This document shows, in pieces, positions 33,026 through 41,881 of a stretch of DNA of 64,000 nt. The stretch lies in the IMG/VR virus record IMGVR_UViG_3300007351_000001. One strand, 5' to 3'. The first letter of the stretch is position 1; every line of letters starts with the position of its first letter. This stretch comes from a virus (lineage: Duplodnaviria; Heunggongvirae; Uroviricota; Caudoviricetes). The notes under the pieces are model-generated. The model saw only the letters and a program-made list of their open reading frames with translations. It searched no databases and was not told the DNA's origin. A program made the translations under genes and the position numbers.

Positions 33026-34017
33026 TGATGGCAGAGAACGTCCTACGGCCGATGCTGTTCCGACAGCTCGGGGTGGAACTCGACGATGCGATCCAGTCGA
33101 ACCGCGGAGTCGAGCTGCGCTTCAACTGCCCGTTTTGCGTCGAGCGAGGCGAGCCGCGACCCGACAGCAAGTACCGGCTCTACGTGCACGTTGAGGATGA
33201 TGATCGCTTCGGCGCGTACAACTGTTTCCGCTGCGGCAAGCGCGGCCGACTGGTCGGGAAGTTCGATCCCAACTGGAAGCCGCGCTGCGGTGGTGTGATC
33301 GACGAGGAGGTCGACACCAGCCGCTTCCACGTGAAGAAGCCATCACTGCCTGACCCGGTGCGGATGGTGGTCGAGCTGCCGAAGGACTACGCGCCGATCC
33401 TTCCGACGATGGAGGCCTGCCGCTACATGCTCGGCCGCGGGCTCGCGCTGGAGGACATCGACTACTACCAGCTCGGCATCGCCCGCCGCCGCATCGTTTT
33501 CCCCGACTACTTGGACGGCAAGCTCGTCTTCTGGGTGTCGCGCAGCTACGTCGACGAGCATGGACCGAAGTACTTCAACGCGCCCGGAGTGCTCCGCAGT
33601 GAGCAGCTCTACAACCTCGGTCGCTGGCGCGCGGAACCTCGCGACCAGGTCGTGATTGTCGAGGGACCGATCTCCGCGATCGTCGCTGGCCGCGACGCCG
33701 TGGCGACCTACGGCAAGCAGATCACGCACGAGCAGATCACCTTGCTGCGCCAGATGGGCTGTGCGCGGTACTACGTTGCGCTCGACCCTGACGCGAAGGA
33801 GAACGCGCTCGGCCTCGCCAAGGCGCTCTACGGCCACGGAGAGGTGTACCTGGTCTCGATGCCGAACCGAGAGGATCCGGCGTCACTCGGCCGCGAGCGC
33901 TTCCGCACGCACTACTTGCCGGCGGCGCTGCCGTACGACCTCTACAGCAAGGCGACGCAGATCCAGTACATGCTCGGTGCGACCGCGGTCGCGTCGGTCG
34001 TCTCGACCCACGCGTAG
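33022..34017 (+). CDS. DnaG-like DNA primase (zinc-binding domain plus TOPRIM), 332 aa
   Basis: CPFCVERGE...CFRCGKRG zinc ribbon; TOPRIM VVIVEGPISAIVA and ALDPDAKEN; ATGA overlap with previous gene. Confidence 0.8.
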   Translation: MMMAENVLRPMLFRQLGVELDDAIQSNRGVELRFNCPFCVERGEPRPDSKYRLYVHVEDDDRFGAYNCFRCGKRGRLVGKFDPNWKPRCGGVIDEEVDTSRFHVKKPSLPDPVRMVVELPKDYAPILPTMEACRYMLGRGLALEDIDYYQLGIARRRIVFPDYLDGKLVFWVSRSYVDEHGPKYFNAPGVLRSEQLYNLGRWRAEPRDQVVIVEGPISAIVAGRDAVATYGKQITHEQITLLRQMGCARYYVALDPDAKENALGLAKALYGHGEVYLVSMPNREDPASLGRERFRTHYLPAALPYDLYSKATQIQYMLGATAVASVVSTHA

Positions 34018-34029
34018 TCGCATGCACGA

Positions 34030-34075
34030 ACTTTTTTTCACCGCGCGAACTTTTTTCATCGGCGCGTGGGCCGAT
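34030..34075 (+). repeat. tandem CGAACTTTTTT(T)CA elements between primase and polymerase
   Basis: GCACGAACTTTTTTTCACCGCGCGAACTTTTTTCATCGGCGCG; two T6-7 runs. Confidence 0.4.
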
Positions 34076-34112
34076 TCCTCTTCGAGCGGCATCTATATCG
34101 GGTGAGGGTACG

Positions 34113-37100
34113 GTGGAGGTGGCGGTGTTGGTGGAGGGGCAAGGAGCACCCTTGGGGGTGGGGCCGTTGGCGCCAGGTGGTGGTGCGGTGGATGCGGATG
34201 CGTTTCGTGCTGCACGTCCAACGTGGCTTCCGCACGAGATTGAACGAGCATTGCTGTCGAAGCAGCGGTGTCAGTTCTGCCGTCTCGGGCGGGACAAGCG
34301 CACGGGGTTCGTGGCAGTGGCGTCCAACGGCTCCCCCTCTCCTCAGATCCTCATCGTCGGCGAGGCGCCCGGCGGCGATGAAGACCGACAGGGCATCGCG
34401 TTCATCGGACGAGCCGCAGAGCATGGGAAGATGCTCCTGCAAAATGCGGGCGTGCCGTTGAGTGCAGTCAGATTCACGAATACCACGCGCTGCTTCCCAC
34501 AGGACGAGCACGGTTCACCACGCGAGCCGAACCTCTTTGAAGAAACGGCCTACTGTCTTGGGTACTTGTGGGAAGAGATCGACACCGTCCGCCCGAAGGT
34601 GATCGTCGCCTTGGGGAGCTACCCGGCGAGCATCCTCACCGGCGAGAAGACCGGCAGCATCTCGAAGATGTCGGGGCAGCTACGCACCATCACGGTGCGC
34701 GGCCGAGAGTACCCGGTCATCATGTGCGTGCACTTCTCGGCCGACTTGCGCTCGCACTACAAGTACTCCAACGCGATCACCGACGCGCTCGACACGGCGT
34801 GGAACCTCTGCCGCGAGATCGAGGTGCCGTGCACGACCGAGACGGTGAACGACACCAAATCGGCGCTCGCGTTCTTGAACGAGTTGCTCGCCCGGTACGA
34901 CGCCAAGGAGTTCGAGGCGGTCGCGTACGACTTGGAGTGGGACACTATTCTGCGCATCGGCAATGAGGCCGAGCGCGAGACGTACACGGACCTCTTCGAT
35001 CCCGAGAAGAAGATCGTCATGGCGTCCTTCGCGTGGTCGAAGGATCGCGGCACGTCGATCGTGCTGCACCACGACGAGAGCAAGGTCGACTGTGCGGTGG
35101 TCGAAGCGAAACTCCGCGAGGTCCTCAGCCGCGTTCCGGTGATCGCGCACAACTACCTCAAAGCCGAGGGGCCGTGGTCGGCGATGAAGCTCGGAGTGAC
35201 GCCCGAGCTGCACTTCGACACCATGCTCGCGTCGTTCGTGTTGCGCACCAAGACGGCAAGCCACGGCCTGAAGGTGCAGGCGAGCCGGTGGCTCAAGTGG
35301 CCGAACTGGTCGAAGAAGCTCGACGCGGTGGTGGCGAGCCTGCCGGCGGATCGACGCAGCTACAAGCACGCGCCGCTCGACCTGCTCGGTCGCTACTCGG
35401 CCGTCGACCCCGCGGCGACTTGGGGACTCTACGAGGTCTACAACGAGCACCTCGCCGAAGCCGACCGTCTGCTGCAGCCGCTCGATCTGCTGCACCGAGC
35501 GTCGCGCACGTTCATGAGCGTCGAGCTGCGTGGCGCGTTCATCGACCTCGACGAGCACGAGCGGCTGAAGCGCGACTACCCCGAACTCTTGAAAACCCAG
35601 ATGAAACTGTTGGCCTCGTACCCGCAGGTCAAGCGCTTCGTAGACCGCCGGCAGGCGGACATCGACAAGGCGATCGAGGGAACCAAACGCCGTCGCACAC
35701 TCTTCGCGTTCAACCCCGGCTCGAACGAGCACGTCGGTGACGTGATCTACGGCGAGTTCCAGGCGCCGATCCCACAGCCGACGAAGAAGGAGCGCAAGAA
35801 GGTCGAGAAGGTGATCGGCTCTTCGCTCGACGCTGGCGATCAGATGATCACCACGCCGCTGCGTGTGCCGAAGCTCCCAGACTCAATCTGGATCGGCCCG
35901 CCCGACGGCTCGGTCGAGACCGCCGAGCGCGTGAAGATCGACAAGCAAAACTCTGGGGACGGCATCACGCGCTTCCGCGCGCCGGTGCGATTCGCTCACC
36001 CGAGCCCGTTCTGGGTGTACCTCGGCCAACCGTCGACTTCGGATCTCTCGTTGCAGTGGTTGATGCGTGAGACACGCTGCAAGCCGTGCAAGGGCAGCGG
36101 CGAAGAGCAGGACGGGACGTGCCCGTCGTGTGGTGGGAGTGGGCGCCGCGGCGATCGCCGAATGCTCGCGAAGTTCCTGCAAGCCCACCGCGACTACAAG
36201 AAGATCGGCAAGATCAACGATGCCTACGTGCAGGCACTGCCGAAGTTCATCGTGCCGAACACCAACCAGCTGGTGTTCAACTACCTCTTGCACGGCACAG
36301 ACACGGGCCGTCTCGCCGCGCGCAACTTCGCGGTGCAGACCGTGCCGGCAAAGTCCGACATCCGCCGGCTGTTCGTTTCGCAGTGGAAGGATCGCGGCGG
36401 GCTGATCGTCGGCATGGACCAGTCGCAGGTCGAAATGCGCGTCATGGCCTCGATTGCGCAGGACGACCGCTTCATCTCGTTCTTCTTCACCTGCTCGAAC
36501 TTGGCGTGTGGGTACGTCGGCTCGCCGGCTGATTGCGGGACCTGCCCGAAGTGCGGCGCGAAGCTCGGCGGCGACATGCACCGGCAGGTCGCGTCCCAGG
36601 TGTTCCGTAAGGACCCGAAGGACGTCACTGATGGGGAGCGCAGCTCGGCCAAGACGATCGGCTTCGGCATCCTCTACGGCCGCGGCCCGGCCTCGATCGC
36701 CGTCGCGACCGACAACACGATCGCGCAAGCCGAGGCGATGATCCGCGACTTCTTCGGGCAGTTCCCCGGCGTCGAGGCCTGGGTGAAGGCGCGCCATCAG
36801 GACTGTCTCGACTTCGGATACGTCATGTCGGCGTGCGGCCGGCGGTTGTGGCTCGAAGGGGCGGTCTGGAAGGACGGCGAACTGCAGCGCGACCGGCACG
36901 GCAAGATCGTTTATGTCAGCGACCAGTCGCTCGCGGGCGCGCAGCGCAAGTCGCAGAACTACCCGATCCAGAGCGCGGCGTCGGACTTGACGCTCGAAGG
37001 CTTCCTGAATGCGTACGACGCGTTGGTCGCCGGCAACTTCCAGTCGCGACCGTGGGAGACGACGCACGACTCGATCGAACTCGACGTCTACCCCGGCGAG

Positions 37101-37445
37101 TTGCTGTCCGTGATCAAGACGGTGCGCGAGGCGATGACGACCCAAGTGCACCAGACCGCGCCGTGGCTGCGCGTCCCGCTGGAGATGGACGTCGAGATCG
37201 GCGTGCGGTGGGACGGTGCGGTGAAGTGCAAGTGGATCAACGAGCAGACCAACACGATGCGGGTCGTCGGCAAGAAGCTCTTCTACGACGACCTCGTCGA
37301 GCAGCTGCGCAAGGTCCACCAGGTTGATGAAGAGATCCTAAAGACGTTCGACGACCCAGAAGAGTTGAAGGGCGGTATCCGCAAGACCTACCAAGGTCGC
37401 AATGGCGGACTGCCGATGATCGACGCGCAGCTCACGATCCACTGA
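34113..37445 (+). CDS. family A DNA polymerase with N-terminal family-4 UDG-like domain, 3'-5' exonuclease region and two zinc-ribbon insertions (1110 aa)
   Basis: UDG4 motif ILIVGEAPGGDEDRQGIAFIG. Pol A motifs DQSQVEMRVMA (A), RSSAKTIGFGILYG (B), THDSIELDV (C). Insertions CKPCKGSG...CPSCGGSG and CGYVGSPADCGTCPKCG. Exact start (GTG/TTG near 34113-34152) is uncertain. Confidence 0.9.
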   Translation: MEVAVLVEGQGAPLGVGPLAPGGGAVDADAFRAARPTWLPHEIERALLSKQRCQFCRLGRDKRTGFVAVASNGSPSPQILIVGEAPGGDEDRQGIAFIGRAAEHGKMLLQNAGVPLSAVRFTNTTRCFPQDEHGSPREPNLFEETAYCLGYLWEEIDTVRPKVIVALGSYPASILTGEKTGSISKMSGQLRTITVRGREYPVIMCVHFSADLRSHYKYSNAITDALDTAWNLCREIEVPCTTETVNDTKSALAFLNELLARYDAKEFEAVAYDLEWDTILRIGNEAERETYTDLFDPEKKIVMASFAWSKDRGTSIVLHHDESKVDCAVVEAKLREVLSRVPVIAHNYLKAEGPWSAMKLGVTPELHFDTMLASFVLRTKTASHGLKVQASRWLKWPNWSKKLDAVVASLPADRRSYKHAPLDLLGRYSAVDPAATWGLYEVYNEHLAEADRLLQPLDLLHRASRTFMSVELRGAFIDLDEHERLKRDYPELLKTQMKLLASYPQVKRFVDRRQADIDKAIEGTKRRRTLFAFNPGSNEHVGDVIYGEFQAPIPQPTKKERKKVEKVIGSSLDAGDQMITTPLRVPKLPDSIWIGPPDGSVETAERVKIDKQNSGDGITRFRAPVRFAHPSPFWVYLGQPSTSDLSLQWLMRETRCKPCKGSGEEQDGTCPSCGGSGRRGDRRMLAKFLQAHRDYKKIGKINDAYVQALPKFIVPNTNQLVFNYLLHGTDTGRLAARNFAVQTVPAKSDIRRLFVSQWKDRGGLIVGMDQSQVEMRVMASIAQDDRFISFFFTCSNLACGYVGSPADCGTCPKCGAKLGGDMHRQVASQVFRKDPKDVTDGERSSAKTIGFGILYGRGPASIAVATDNTIAQAEAMIRDFFGQFPGVEAWVKARHQDCLDFGYVMSACGRRLWLEGAVWKDGELQRDRHGKIVYVSDQSLAGAQRKSQNYPIQSAASDLTLEGFLNAYDALVAGNFQSRPWETTHDSIELDVYPGELLSVIKTVREAMTTQVHQTAPWLRVPLEMDVEIGVRWDGAVKCKWINEQTNTMRVVGKKLFYDDLVEQLRKVHQVDEEILKTFDDPEELKGGIRKTYQGRNGGLPMIDAQLTIH

Positions 37446-37470
37446 ACAAACCAAGCGCGAAGGGCGTGAA

Positions 37471-37487
37471 GTAAAAATACTCAGAGG
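37471..37487 (+). promoter_or_regulatory. GTAAAAATACTCAGAGG element: third copy (reverse orientation) of the CTCTGAGTATTTTTA motif from 21.6-21.76 kb
   Basis: Lies 11 nt upstream of ATG 37499; TAAAAAT resembles a -10 hexamer. Confidence 0.45.
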
Positions 37488-37498
37488 ATCCGTGGAGC

Positions 37499-38002
37499 AT
37501 GGCGCACTACCCAGTGAACGCGGAGCGGCTCAAGCGCTTCAAGACCTTCCATAAGGACCTGCTCGAAGAGGTGAACGAGTGGTTGTCCGAACCGCTGCTC
37601 CGTGAGCTGCTGTCGGACGACGACCGTGAACGCTTCCGCTGGCTCCTCGTGGCGATGCGCGCCACGGACGCCACCTTGGACGACGACTTGAATGTCCAAG
37701 GTGACCTGGAAGTCGTGATCGCTTGGCTGCGCCCCAAAGTCGAGGAGGCCTACGCCAGAGAACAACAGTCACTAAAGGAGTGTGAGGGGAACATCCGGAA
37801 GCGGGCTCGTGACACGAGCAAGCCGGAATGGGTGGCGGACGCGACGGTGGAGGCGGATCCGGAGGTCGTGCGGAAGCGAGACCGTGTGATCACGTACCGA
37901 CGGCTCTACTCCATGCTCGACACCTTGAGCTACTCGCTCAAGCATCGAGCCGAAGTCCTTGGCCACCTCGTCCGGCGCGGCAACGAGTCCCGCCACACGT
38001 AA
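37499..38002 (+). CDS. hypothetical protein (167 aa)
   Basis: ORF track, protein-like. Confidence 0.7.
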   Translation: MAHYPVNAERLKRFKTFHKDLLEEVNEWLSEPLLRELLSDDDRERFRWLLVAMRATDATLDDDLNVQGDLEVVIAWLRPKVEEAYAREQQSLKECEGNIRKRARDTSKPEWVADATVEADPEVVRKRDRVITYRRLYSMLDTLSYSLKHRAEVLGHLVRRGNESRHT

Positions 38003-38057
38003 CACCACACCACAGGCTCCGTGTGGAGCCAAGCAACACACAGACGAGGAGTCAGCC

Positions 38058-39329
38058 ATGGCATGGCAAGTCAACCGTGAGAAGGCAGCCGAACGCGCCC
38101 AGGAGATCGAGCAACGGCAAGATCGAGCGGGTGGCAAGATCCGGTGGTTCAAGTGGCAGACCGGGCAGCCGGGCAATCTGATCCGCTTCATGCCGCCGGG
38201 GCCGGACGAGAACAAGCCGCCGTACATCCCCGACGCCGAGTTCGCGATGATCGTGTACTCGCACAAGCGCGTGCCCGGTCTCGACAAGGACACGAACTTC
38301 CGCTGCGTCGGGAAGACCTACCCGTCGCAGGGGCCGTGCCCGAAGGAGATCTGCATGTGCGCGGCGATGCAGAATCTCAAGGATTTCATCGGGCAGAACA
38401 AGGAGCGCGAGGATCGCATCCTCGGCACCGGCCAGAACAAGTACTACCTCTCGAAGCAGTTCTGGACCAACTGCATCAACCGCAAGTCGATGCGCGTGCT
38501 CGACACGGCAAGCAACGAGGTCACTGAGCTGGTCGCGGGGCAGCAGCCGACGGACACACAGGTGTTCGCGCCCGAGCTGATCGCACTGCCCGAGACTGTC
38601 TACAAGTGGGCGCTCACTAACCTCGACGTCGTCGGTGACTTCACCGATCCCAACACCGGGATGGACGCCTTCATCCTGCGCACCGGGACTGGCCGCGATA
38701 CCAAGTACCAGACGATGACGCTGGTGCCGGATCGTCGGCCGATCGACGTCCCTGGCAAGATTCAGATGACGCTCGACGCGATGTACAACGTCGCTGACAT
38801 CTTCAAGTACCCGGACGCGGCGACGATCGACAAGATGCAGGCGCACGTGCGCACGGTCGAACAGTTCCTCGGTCGCTCGCGCACCGACATGCCGATGACC
38901 GAGGGCTCGCAGCAGGCGGCGACCAACGGCATGGCGATGGGCGCCGGCCATCAGGCGGCGCAGGCGGTCGCCCCAGCAACTGCACAGATGCAGCCTGTGA
39001 TGCAGCCTGCCCAGGCTACGGCCACGCCGGTGCAACAGCCGGTCCAGCAGCAGCCGGTGCAACAAGTTGCCCAACCGGCCCAGACGACGGCGCCAGCACA
39101 GACCACAGCACCGGGCACGATGAAGGTGAAAGACCAGATCGCTGGCATGCTGCAGGCGGCGCTCTCTGGTGAGGAGCCTGACTGCTACTTCCACCAAGTC
39201 ATCGGGTGGAAGAAGTGCCAACTGTGTCCGTGGGAGGCGCCGTGCATGGACGCGACGCAGCGCGCGGAGAGCACCACGCCGCCGCTCGTCACGTTGGAGA
39301 CGCGCAAGCGCATCCACGGCATCGCGTGA
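38058..39329 (+). CDS. T4 gp32-like ssDNA-binding protein with Gln/Pro-rich linker and C-terminal Cys cluster (423 aa)
   Basis: NLIRFMPPGPDENKPPYIPDAEFAMIVYSHKRV...FRCVGKTYPSQGPCPKEICMCAAM parallels the gp32 core VIRFLPSKNDEQAPFAIL...C..H...CPVC. GACGAGGAG RBS. Confidence 0.6.
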   Translation: MAWQVNREKAAERAQEIEQRQDRAGGKIRWFKWQTGQPGNLIRFMPPGPDENKPPYIPDAEFAMIVYSHKRVPGLDKDTNFRCVGKTYPSQGPCPKEICMCAAMQNLKDFIGQNKEREDRILGTGQNKYYLSKQFWTNCINRKSMRVLDTASNEVTELVAGQQPTDTQVFAPELIALPETVYKWALTNLDVVGDFTDPNTGMDAFILRTGTGRDTKYQTMTLVPDRRPIDVPGKIQMTLDAMYNVADIFKYPDAATIDKMQAHVRTVEQFLGRSRTDMPMTEGSQQAATNGMAMGAGHQAAQAVAPATAQMQPVMQPAQATATPVQQPVQQQPVQQVAQPAQTTAPAQTTAPGTMKVKDQIAGMLQAALSGEEPDCYFHQVIGWKKCQLCPWEAPCMDATQRAESTTPPLVTLETRKRIHGIA

Positions 39330-39332
39330 ACC

Positions 39333-39908
39333 ATGGAACAGTTCTGGGTACCGTTCCTCGGGGTACCTGAGAAGGTCCCCGAGGGATGGTGTCACTCCGG
39401 ATGCGGTGGGAAAGTGAAAGAGGGAAACCATTATTGCCACGGCGGTTGCGCGAAACGAATGCGAGTAATCTTCAAGTTCATCGAAGAGACCGGATGCCTT
39501 GAGGGGACGCGCGAACCTAGCACGTCTCAGGGTTACATGAAGGCGCCTGGCGGAAAGTATCTCCACCACGTGGTGGCTGTGCATCACTACGGTGAGTTAC
39601 CGCCAGGGTACGAGTGGGATCACTATTGTCAGAACCCGCGATGTGCGCGGCCTGATCCGGCTCATGTTCGGCCGCTTACGATGATCGAGAACAGAGGTCG
39701 CGTCCGCCCGCGGCGCATGCTCACTCAAGAGGAGATCGAAGAGATCAGGAATGACCCGCGCGGCGTCAGCGCAGCGGCCAAGCGGTTCGGCATTCAACTC
39801 TCGACCGCAAAACGAATCCGCGAACCTGGGTACTGTCCACCTTCGGACCGACCAGCTGGTGGGCGATTCAGTGGTCGACTCAAGTATCACCCCAACCTGC
39901 GCCCATGA
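39333..39908 (+). CDS. HNH homing-type endonuclease (191 aa)
   Basis: YLHHVVAVHHYGELPPGYEWDHYCQNPRCARPDHVRPLTMIENR (HNH_3-type). The first ~300 nt of the gene are visibly lower in GC than the flanks. Confidence 0.7.
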   Translation: MEQFWVPFLGVPEKVPEGWCHSGCGGKVKEGNHYCHGGCAKRMRVIFKFIEETGCLEGTREPSTSQGYMKAPGGKYLHHVVAVHHYGELPPGYEWDHYCQNPRCARPDPAHVRPLTMIENRGRVRPRRMLTQEEIEEIRNDPRGVSAAAKRFGIQLSTAKRIREPGYCPPSDRPAGGRFSGRLKYHPNLRP

Positions 39909-40852
39909 TGCCGTCGTTGCTCATCGTTGACGCGAACCACACCTTGCACCGGGTGATGAAGCAGCCGTCTGTCGCCGAGCTGAAGATGGGCGGCGTGTTC
40001 GGCTTCTTGCGCACGCTGCACCAAGTGCTTGGCCGGTATCCGTTCCGGCAGGTGGTCGCGTGTTGGGACGGTGGGCTCTCCACACGACGGCGTGCGCTGT
40101 GCCCAGAGTACAAGCAGCACCGAGATCCGCCCGAGCCAGGCTACCGAGAACGGTTCAACCTGAATCGGGCGTATCTCTCCCAGCTCTTCGCGTTGCTGGG
40201 TGTTGGCGAGCTGCGCTTCGAGCGCCGTGAAGCCGACGACGTCATTCATCGGCTCCGAGAGCGCGTGCGGCTCCTGGATCCGACCGTGGCGGCAGTAGTG
40301 ATCTCTGAGGACCGTGACTTCTTCCAGCTCGTGGACGAGGTCACGGCCCTCTACCTGCCGCGCAAGGACCGGTACGTCACTGTCAACTGCTTCGAGGAGC
40401 TGGCCGGCGTGCCGCGCGACCGGTTCCTGCTCTGCAAGTCAATCCTCGGGGATCGTGGAGACAACATCAGCGGCATCCCCGGCGTCGGGGAGGTGACCGC
40501 AAAGAAGATCGCGAACGCTGCCCCAGTCGCTGACGGTGCGCTGCTCGAAGAGCGGTGGGAACCGGTGCGCCAGTTCTGCGTCGAGTCGACCGACAAGCGG
40601 GTACGCAAGGCGAGCACGGCGTGGAACGTCGTTTATCGTAACTACCAGCTTGTGGCACTCGACCTCGAACCGTTCACGCCACAGGAGTTGCTCGACATCG
40701 ACGCGCTGATCACCGCGCCGCCAGAGGTCAATCTCGAAGGGGCTCGCTCATTGCTGAGCGCGATGGAGTTCCGCTCGATCATTGCCACGTTTGGTGACTG
40801 GGCCGAGCCGTTCAAGCGTCTGCGATCCGGGCCGTGCATCGTGACGTCGTGA
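39905..40852 (+). CDS. 5'-3' exonuclease / flap endonuclease (FEN, Pol I N-domain-like), 315 aa
   Basis: LLIVDANHTLHR metal-site start and H3TH ISGIPGVGEVTAKKI. Confidence 0.85.
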   Translation: MMPSLLIVDANHTLHRVMKQPSVAELKMGGVFGFLRTLHQVLGRYPFRQVVACWDGGLSTRRRALCPEYKQHRDPPEPGYRERFNLNRAYLSQLFALLGVGELRFERREADDVIHRLRERVRLLDPTVAAVVISEDRDFFQLVDEVTALYLPRKDRYVTVNCFEELAGVPRDRFLLCKSILGDRGDNISGIPGVGEVTAKKIANAAPVADGALLEERWEPVRQFCVESTDKRVRKASTAWNVVYRNYQLVALDLEPFTPQELLDIDALITAPPEVNLEGARSLLSAMEFRSIIATFGDWAEPFKRLRSGPCIVTS

Positions 40853-40862
40853 AGGTGTGGGG

Positions 40863-41423
40863 ATGTGGAAGTCGATGCGTGGGATCGTCATCGGTGCGGT
40901 CATCGGCGCCGTGACGCTCGTTCTGCAGGATCATCTCATGCGGCTCATCTACGCGACCGAGGAAGCCGTCCTCGATACGGTTGCAGCACTGTTCGCCGAT
41001 GATGAGCGATCGGATGGAGGCAGCCAGATCGCGATCGTGGACGATACGTACGAAGAGCCGACACCTCACGCGAACCCAATGACCGAGTTTGGCGGGACGA
41101 TGCACCTCTTCGCTGATGGTGCCGTGCTCTCGAAGGAATCGCCGGGCTGTGCCCTGACGACCTACAACGGCACGAACCTGCCGTATCGCGCGCTCAACTG
41201 CTCGCCGGGGGCTGGACAGGCGTTGTGGCAGCTTCCGTGGCCGGTTGGGGACGACTTCACCTACCGCGTGCACTACTCGACGGCGACGACGGACGTTAAG
41301 GCTTGCAAGTGGAACGTGGCGGCGCTGCCGGACCACGGCACGGCCGTCGTGTCGGTGAGCCTCAACCGTGACTCGACGACGACCACGGACTGCTCGCTCC
41401 GTAGCCTGGAGATTCGCTACTGA
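40863..41423 (+). CDS. membrane-anchored or secreted hypothetical protein (186 aa)
   Basis: N-terminal hydrophobic helix GIVIGAVIGAVTLVL. Confidence 0.55.
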   Translation: MWKSMRGIVIGAVIGAVTLVLQDHLMRLIYATEEAVLDTVAALFADDERSDGGSQIAIVDDTYEEPTPHANPMTEFGGTMHLFADGAVLSKESPGCALTTYNGTNLPYRALNCSPGAGQALWQLPWPVGDDFTYRVHYSTATTDVKACKWNVAALPDHGTAVVSVSLNRDSTTTTDCSLRSLEIRY

Positions 41424-41878
41424 TGTACCAACAAGTGCAAGCTGACCTCTGGTCGTACCCGGCCGACTGGCGAGTCGTCACGACTAATGGCTTCACGCGC
41501 AAAGACGGCACCGCCGTCATGGGTCGCGGCATCGCGGCGCAGGCGCGCACGAAGTACCCCGAGCTGGAGCGCAAGCTCGGCTTGCAACTGCGCGTCACCG
41601 GAAACGTCGTCTACGTCTTCCCCGAGTACAAGATCATCACGTTGCCGGTGAAGCCGACGCGTGGGCCGGACGGCACGCCCGGCTTCATGGTCGCGGCCGA
41701 TCCCATCCTGATCGGGGAGAGTCTTGTACAACTCGTGCGACGGAACCTGGACGGTGTGATCGCCATGCCGCGGCCAGGATGTGGCAACGGCAAACTGGAT
41801 TGGGCCACACAGGTCAAGCCGATCTGTGACCTCGTGCTCAAAGACGACCGCTACGTGGTGGTCGATTGGGAGGAGTGA
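41423..41878 (+). CDS. macro-domain-like protein (151 aa), putative ADP-ribose binding or hydrolase
   Basis: WRVVTTNGFTRKDGTAVMGRGIAAQARTKYPEL resembles the macro-domain N-terminal glycine-rich signature. Confidence 0.5.
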   Translation: MYQQVQADLWSYPADWRVVTTNGFTRKDGTAVMGRGIAAQARTKYPELERKLGLQLRVTGNVVYVFPEYKIITLPVKPTRGPDGTPGFMVAADPILIGESLVQLVRRNLDGVIAMPRPGCGNGKLDWATQVKPICDLVLKDDRYVVVDWEE

Positions 41879-41881
41879 GCG

